A stretch of DNA of 64,000 nt from Candidatus Culexmicrobium cathedralense (lineage in GTDB: Archaea > Thermoproteota > Methanomethylicia > Culexarchaeales > Culexmicrobiaceae). The stretch lies in contig JANZKC010000001.1 of the NCBI GenBank assembly GCA_025061115.1, forward strand, positions 512,001 through 576,000, given 5' to 3'. The position numbers were made by a program, and so were the translations under genes. Shown piece after piece: positions 61,077 to 64,000 of this stretch. Every line of letters begins with the position of its first letter. Position 1 is the first letter of the stretch. The notes below the pieces were generated by a model. It saw only the letters and a list, made by a program, of their open reading frames with translations, was not told where the DNA came from and did no database searches.

Positions 61077-61248
61077 GTCAATTCGCCCTCCAGAAGAAGC
61101 ATTCACTTAAAAACAAGTACCCTAGCAGAAAAGTCCGCGTGTAAAGCCCTAAATTTGGCGCTGATACACTCTCCAGCCTCCTCATCATAGGGGAGAAGCA
61201 ATAATATTTAAAGTTTATTGAACATTAGGGGTAAGGGGAGGAAGCACA

Positions 61249-63270
61249 TTGCGAAAACGATCGAAGATTAGGGGCATCGCCAAGCAGCTGCCCCACCTAA
61301 ATCAAGCAATCAAATTTACTGCGATAATTCTGATCTTCGCCTTAGCTTTGGGAATAAGAATGCTCCCAATGAAGTGGGGATCATGGCTGACAGCCTACGA
61401 CCCCTACTTCCAATATAGAGTTACGGAGTACATAGTTGAAAACGGCTTCCAAGCGTGGTTCTCATGGAAAGATGAAATGAGCTGGTACCCATTCGGCAGA
61501 AACATACCTAAAACCTCATACCCTGGAGTTCCATTCACAGGCGCATTCTTCTACATGCTCGCCAAAACCCTGGGAATCGAAATGTCAGTCATGGAGATAT
61601 GCACCCTTGTACCAGCAATTCTAGGAGCATTGTCAGCAATTATAGCCTACCTAATTGGAAGGGAAATTGAAGGCGAGGCTGTAGGAATATTCTCAGGACT
61701 AATCTTAGCCACCGTGCCAGCATTCATCAGCAGAACTTCAGCAGGATTCTACGACACCGAAAGCGTAGGCTTCTTCGCATACATGCTATCCCTATACTTC
61801 TGGGTGCTAGCCATGAGGAGAGACTCAACGGCGGCAGCGGCAATCTCAGGAGCAGCCCTAGCATACATGGCTGCATCCTGGGGCGGAAGCATCTACCTAC
61901 TAAACCTATACGCGCTCTACGCCATCGTAATGGTGCTCCTAGGAAAGTACTCCAGAAGGCTCCTTAAAACGTACTCAATAGCAGTTGGAGTCAGCCTACT
62001 CCTATCCGCTCAAGTACCTCTATTCACTAGGAAGTACTTGATAAGCTACGCAACGATACTGCCCTTAATCGCGATGGCAATCCTAGCAATCAAGGGAGTT
62101 CTCGAGGAAGCCGACGACAAGAAAGCCAAAATGCTCGGCCTAGCAGCCATAGCAGTCATAGCGCTAATGGGAGTGGCAGCCCTAGAAAGCAGAGGATACA
62201 TTACAGCTCTAACAGGCAGAATACTCTCAGTCATAAATCCATTCGTGAAGGAAGCTCAGCCCCTAGTCGCATCGGTAGCTGAGCATAGGGCGCCAACATG
62301 GGGGCACATATTCCTCCAGTACGGAGCAGTCCTAATTCTAGCTCCATTGGGAATGTACTTCGCACTCAAGAGGGGGAGGGACACCGACATTCTACTAGCT
62401 TTAGGAGCACTGACAAGCGCCTACTTCGCATCCACAATGATAAGGCTCTTAATGCTCGCAGCACCCACATTCAGCATACTTGCAGCCATAGGAGTAGTTA
62501 GAATTCTCAAGCCCCACGCCAATATACTCATAGGCAGAGCAATTCCAGCCAGGAGAGGAAGAAAAGTCACAGTTAGGATTAGTAGGGGTGGAAGCGCGTG
62601 GATCATGGTGCTACTAACCCTAATCCTCATATTCAATACGATTTCATGGAGAGCCACCGCATATACGGCTCCAACCATAGTCACTTGCGGAGGAATACCT
62701 GGAGGAACAGGCTACCAGGACTGGATCGAAGCCCTCATATGGATGAGGGAGAACCTACCCGAAGACGCGGTGGTAGCCTCATGGTGGGACTACGGCTACT
62801 GGATCACAGCCCTCGCAAACAAGACATCGGTAATCGACAACGCCACGCTTAACGCAACCCAAATAGAGAGCATAGCACTAGCATTCATGTCAAATGAAAC
62901 CACAGCCCTCAAAATATTCAAGAAGCTTGGAGCAACCCACGTAGTCGTCTTCGAAGCCTTCGACCCACAAACCGGATTCCTACTCCACGGAAGAGGCTAC
63001 GGAGACTTCGCAAAGTCCTACTGGATGATCAGGATAGCAGATCTAAACGAGTCGGACTACATAAAGTACTACCCAGACAAGGGAATTCGAACTCCCGAAG
63101 GACCTAAGGCAGCCAACGCAACGCTTTACAGAATGCTATTCGCGACAAGAAGACATCTATGGAAAATGTGGGGAATAGACATTCCAGAGCCAGAGCACTT
63201 CGAACTAGTATTCAAGTCAAGCAATGAATTCGTATTCGTCTGGAAAGTCCTCTACGAGGAAGAGGGCTGA
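61249..63270 (+). CDS. aglB: Oligosaccharyltransferase AglB (STT3)
   Basis: YDPYF, SWYPFGR, multiple transmembrane helices, SVAEH, WWDYG, DNAT and DFAKSYWM. Confidence 0.95.
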   Translation: MRKRSKIRGIAKQLPHLNQAIKFTAIILIFALALGIRMLPMKWGSWLTAYDPYFQYRVTEYIVENGFQAWFSWKDEMSWYPFGRNIPKTSYPGVPFTGAFFYMLAKTLGIEMSVMEICTLVPAILGALSAIIAYLIGREIEGEAVGIFSGLILATVPAFISRTSAGFYDTESVGFFAYMLSLYFWVLAMRRDSTAAAAISGAALAYMAASWGGSIYLLNLYALYAIVMVLLGKYSRRLLKTYSIAVGVSLLLSAQVPLFTRKYLISYATILPLIAMAILAIKGVLEEADDKKAKMLGLAAIAVIALMGVAALESRGYITALTGRILSVINPFVKEAQPLVASVAEHRAPTWGHIFLQYGAVLILAPLGMYFALKRGRDTDILLALGALTSAYFASTMIRLLMLAAPTFSILAAIGVVRILKPHANILIGRAIPARRGRKVTVRISRGGSAWIMVLLTLILIFNTISWRATAYTAPTIVTCGGIPGGTGYQDWIEALIWMRENLPEDAVVASWWDYGYWITALANKTSVIDNATLNATQIESIALAFMSNETTALKIFKKLGATHVVVFEAFDPQTGFLLHGRGYGDFAKSYWMIRIADLNESDYIKYYPDKGIRTPEGPKAANATLYRMLFATRRHLWKMWGIDIPEPEHFELVFKSSNEFVFVWKVLYEEEG

Positions 63271-63437
63271 TCCTTCAAGGCAAGCTTTTTCATCAAACGC
63301 CTATAACGCGCATACTTATCATCAGGAGAAAATTTGGCTGGATGAGGTATCCTCAACGAGCCGCCGCAGTATGGGCATGCATCCTTCCTAAGAGTATACC
63401 TTCCGCACTTAGTGCACTTCCTCAAAAGCCAAGGCAA
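63252..63437 (-). CDS. nop10: H/ACA sRNP protein Nop10
   Basis: C..CG.YTL...CP.CG and HPAKFSPDDKY..YR. Confidence 0.95.
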   Translation of the reverse strand: MPWLLRKCTKCGRYTLRKDACPYCGGSLRIPHPAKFSPDDKYARYRRLMKKLALKDQPSSS

Positions 63438-63447
63438 CCTTCAACCC

Positions 63448-64000
63448 TCAAACCCTAGTGAAGCTCCCCTGACCACCAAGCTTCTTGATAGTATTTAAAG
63501 CTGCTTTAACGATTGATTCCATCGCAGCTTCAGCAATCTGATAATTCCTAGCAGTAATATCAATTCTATATCGAGGAGAACCTACAGTGTAGATTCGAAA
63601 TGAAATATCGTACTTCCCGCCGGCCTCAGCAGCCTTCATCAACGCCTCCTTAACCCTCAAAACCCCATCTGGAGCTGCAGAAGTCAACTGGAGGATGCCG
63701 CTGATCTTAACCTCAGGAAGCTCAATGTAAGCCTTAGCCAGCTCAGCTAAAACCTCAGCCCACTTCCCGGGAACCCCAGCTTTAAGTAGAGGCTCAACCC
63801 CCTTCATGGCTGCAGCTTCAAATCCAGCAAAAATCTCCCCAAAGTAGTCCTCCATGGGCCAGCCGGCTTCCTCATAAGCTTCATCAAGCGTCTTTCCAAG
63901 CCTATCAGCAGCCATCTCCAAGAACTTCTCAGCCCTCTGAAGCCTCTTCCACTCCAAAAGCTTCTCCTTCCTCTCCTTGGCAGTAACCCTCCTCAAAGAA
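63448..64000 (-). CDS. eif2a: Translation initiation factor aIF-2 alpha, C-terminal part (N-terminus outside the window)
   Basis: SLRRV...E...KL.EWKR.QRAEK, DGV..VK..L and GSPRYRI. Upstream of nop10, as is typical in archaea. Confidence 0.93.
   Translation of the reverse strand, partial: SLRRVTAKERKEKLLEWKRLQRAEKFLEMAADRLGKTLDEAYEEAGWPMEDYFGEIFAGFEAAAMKGVEPLLKAGVPGKWAEVLAELAKAYIELPEVKISGILQLTSAAPDGVLRVKEALMKAAEAGGKYDISFRIYTVGSPRYRIDITARNYQIAEAAMESIVKAALNTIKKLGGQGSFTRV

Noticed and set aside
61182-61188. C/D sRNA or tRNA-Ile anticodon mimic upstream of ileS
   Set aside because: No D box is present; the stem around GAU is only 3 bp and may lie upstream of the TSS.
447-62852. Many alternative-frame and antisense ORFs in the track (e.g. 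447-884, 23824-24393, 29932-30501, 44320-45018, 50623-51051)
   Set aside because: They shadow well-supported genes, carry no motifs and show Ser/Leu/Pro-rich antisense composition.
1-64000. tRNA/rRNA genes, CRISPR arrays, transposases, integrases, and inteins in rgy/topA/radA/ileS
   Set aside because: None seen; these proteins have normal lengths and no intein motifs. Short in-frame introns in other genes cannot be excluded by eye.

Overview
This is a gene-dense, mostly housekeeping window from a (hyper)thermophilic archaeon, most likely TACK/Thermoproteota. The assignment rests on reverse gyrase, Topo VI, GatDE, NucS, RadA, AglB, Nop10, aIF-1A/2alpha/2beta, archaeal MAT, short PurA, GGAGGTG-type SD motifs and TATA/BRE promoters. 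Metabolic genes include a group 3b [NiFe]-hydrogenase operon, CofE, several peptidases, GcvTH and an MtaD-AhcY pair. I saw no tRNA, rRNA, CRISPR array or IS element. The main finding is that the CTP synthase gene (pyrG) is interrupted in codon 17, within its GGVxSSxGKG motif, by a 28-nt stop-containing insertion (34616-34643, minus strand). This insertion folds into a bulge-helix-bulge motif, and cutting at the canonical sites restores the reading frame exactly. It is therefore a candidate archaeal pre-mRNA intron outside cbf5. The ORF track also misses three box C/D guide sRNAs with readable rRNA targets, a 55-aa zinc-ribbon gene, a -1 frameshift at a U7 run in top6B, a non-canonical start codon in gcvT and a strand-skew reversal near 1.5 kb. 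All calls come from reading the sequence by eye; no searches were run.
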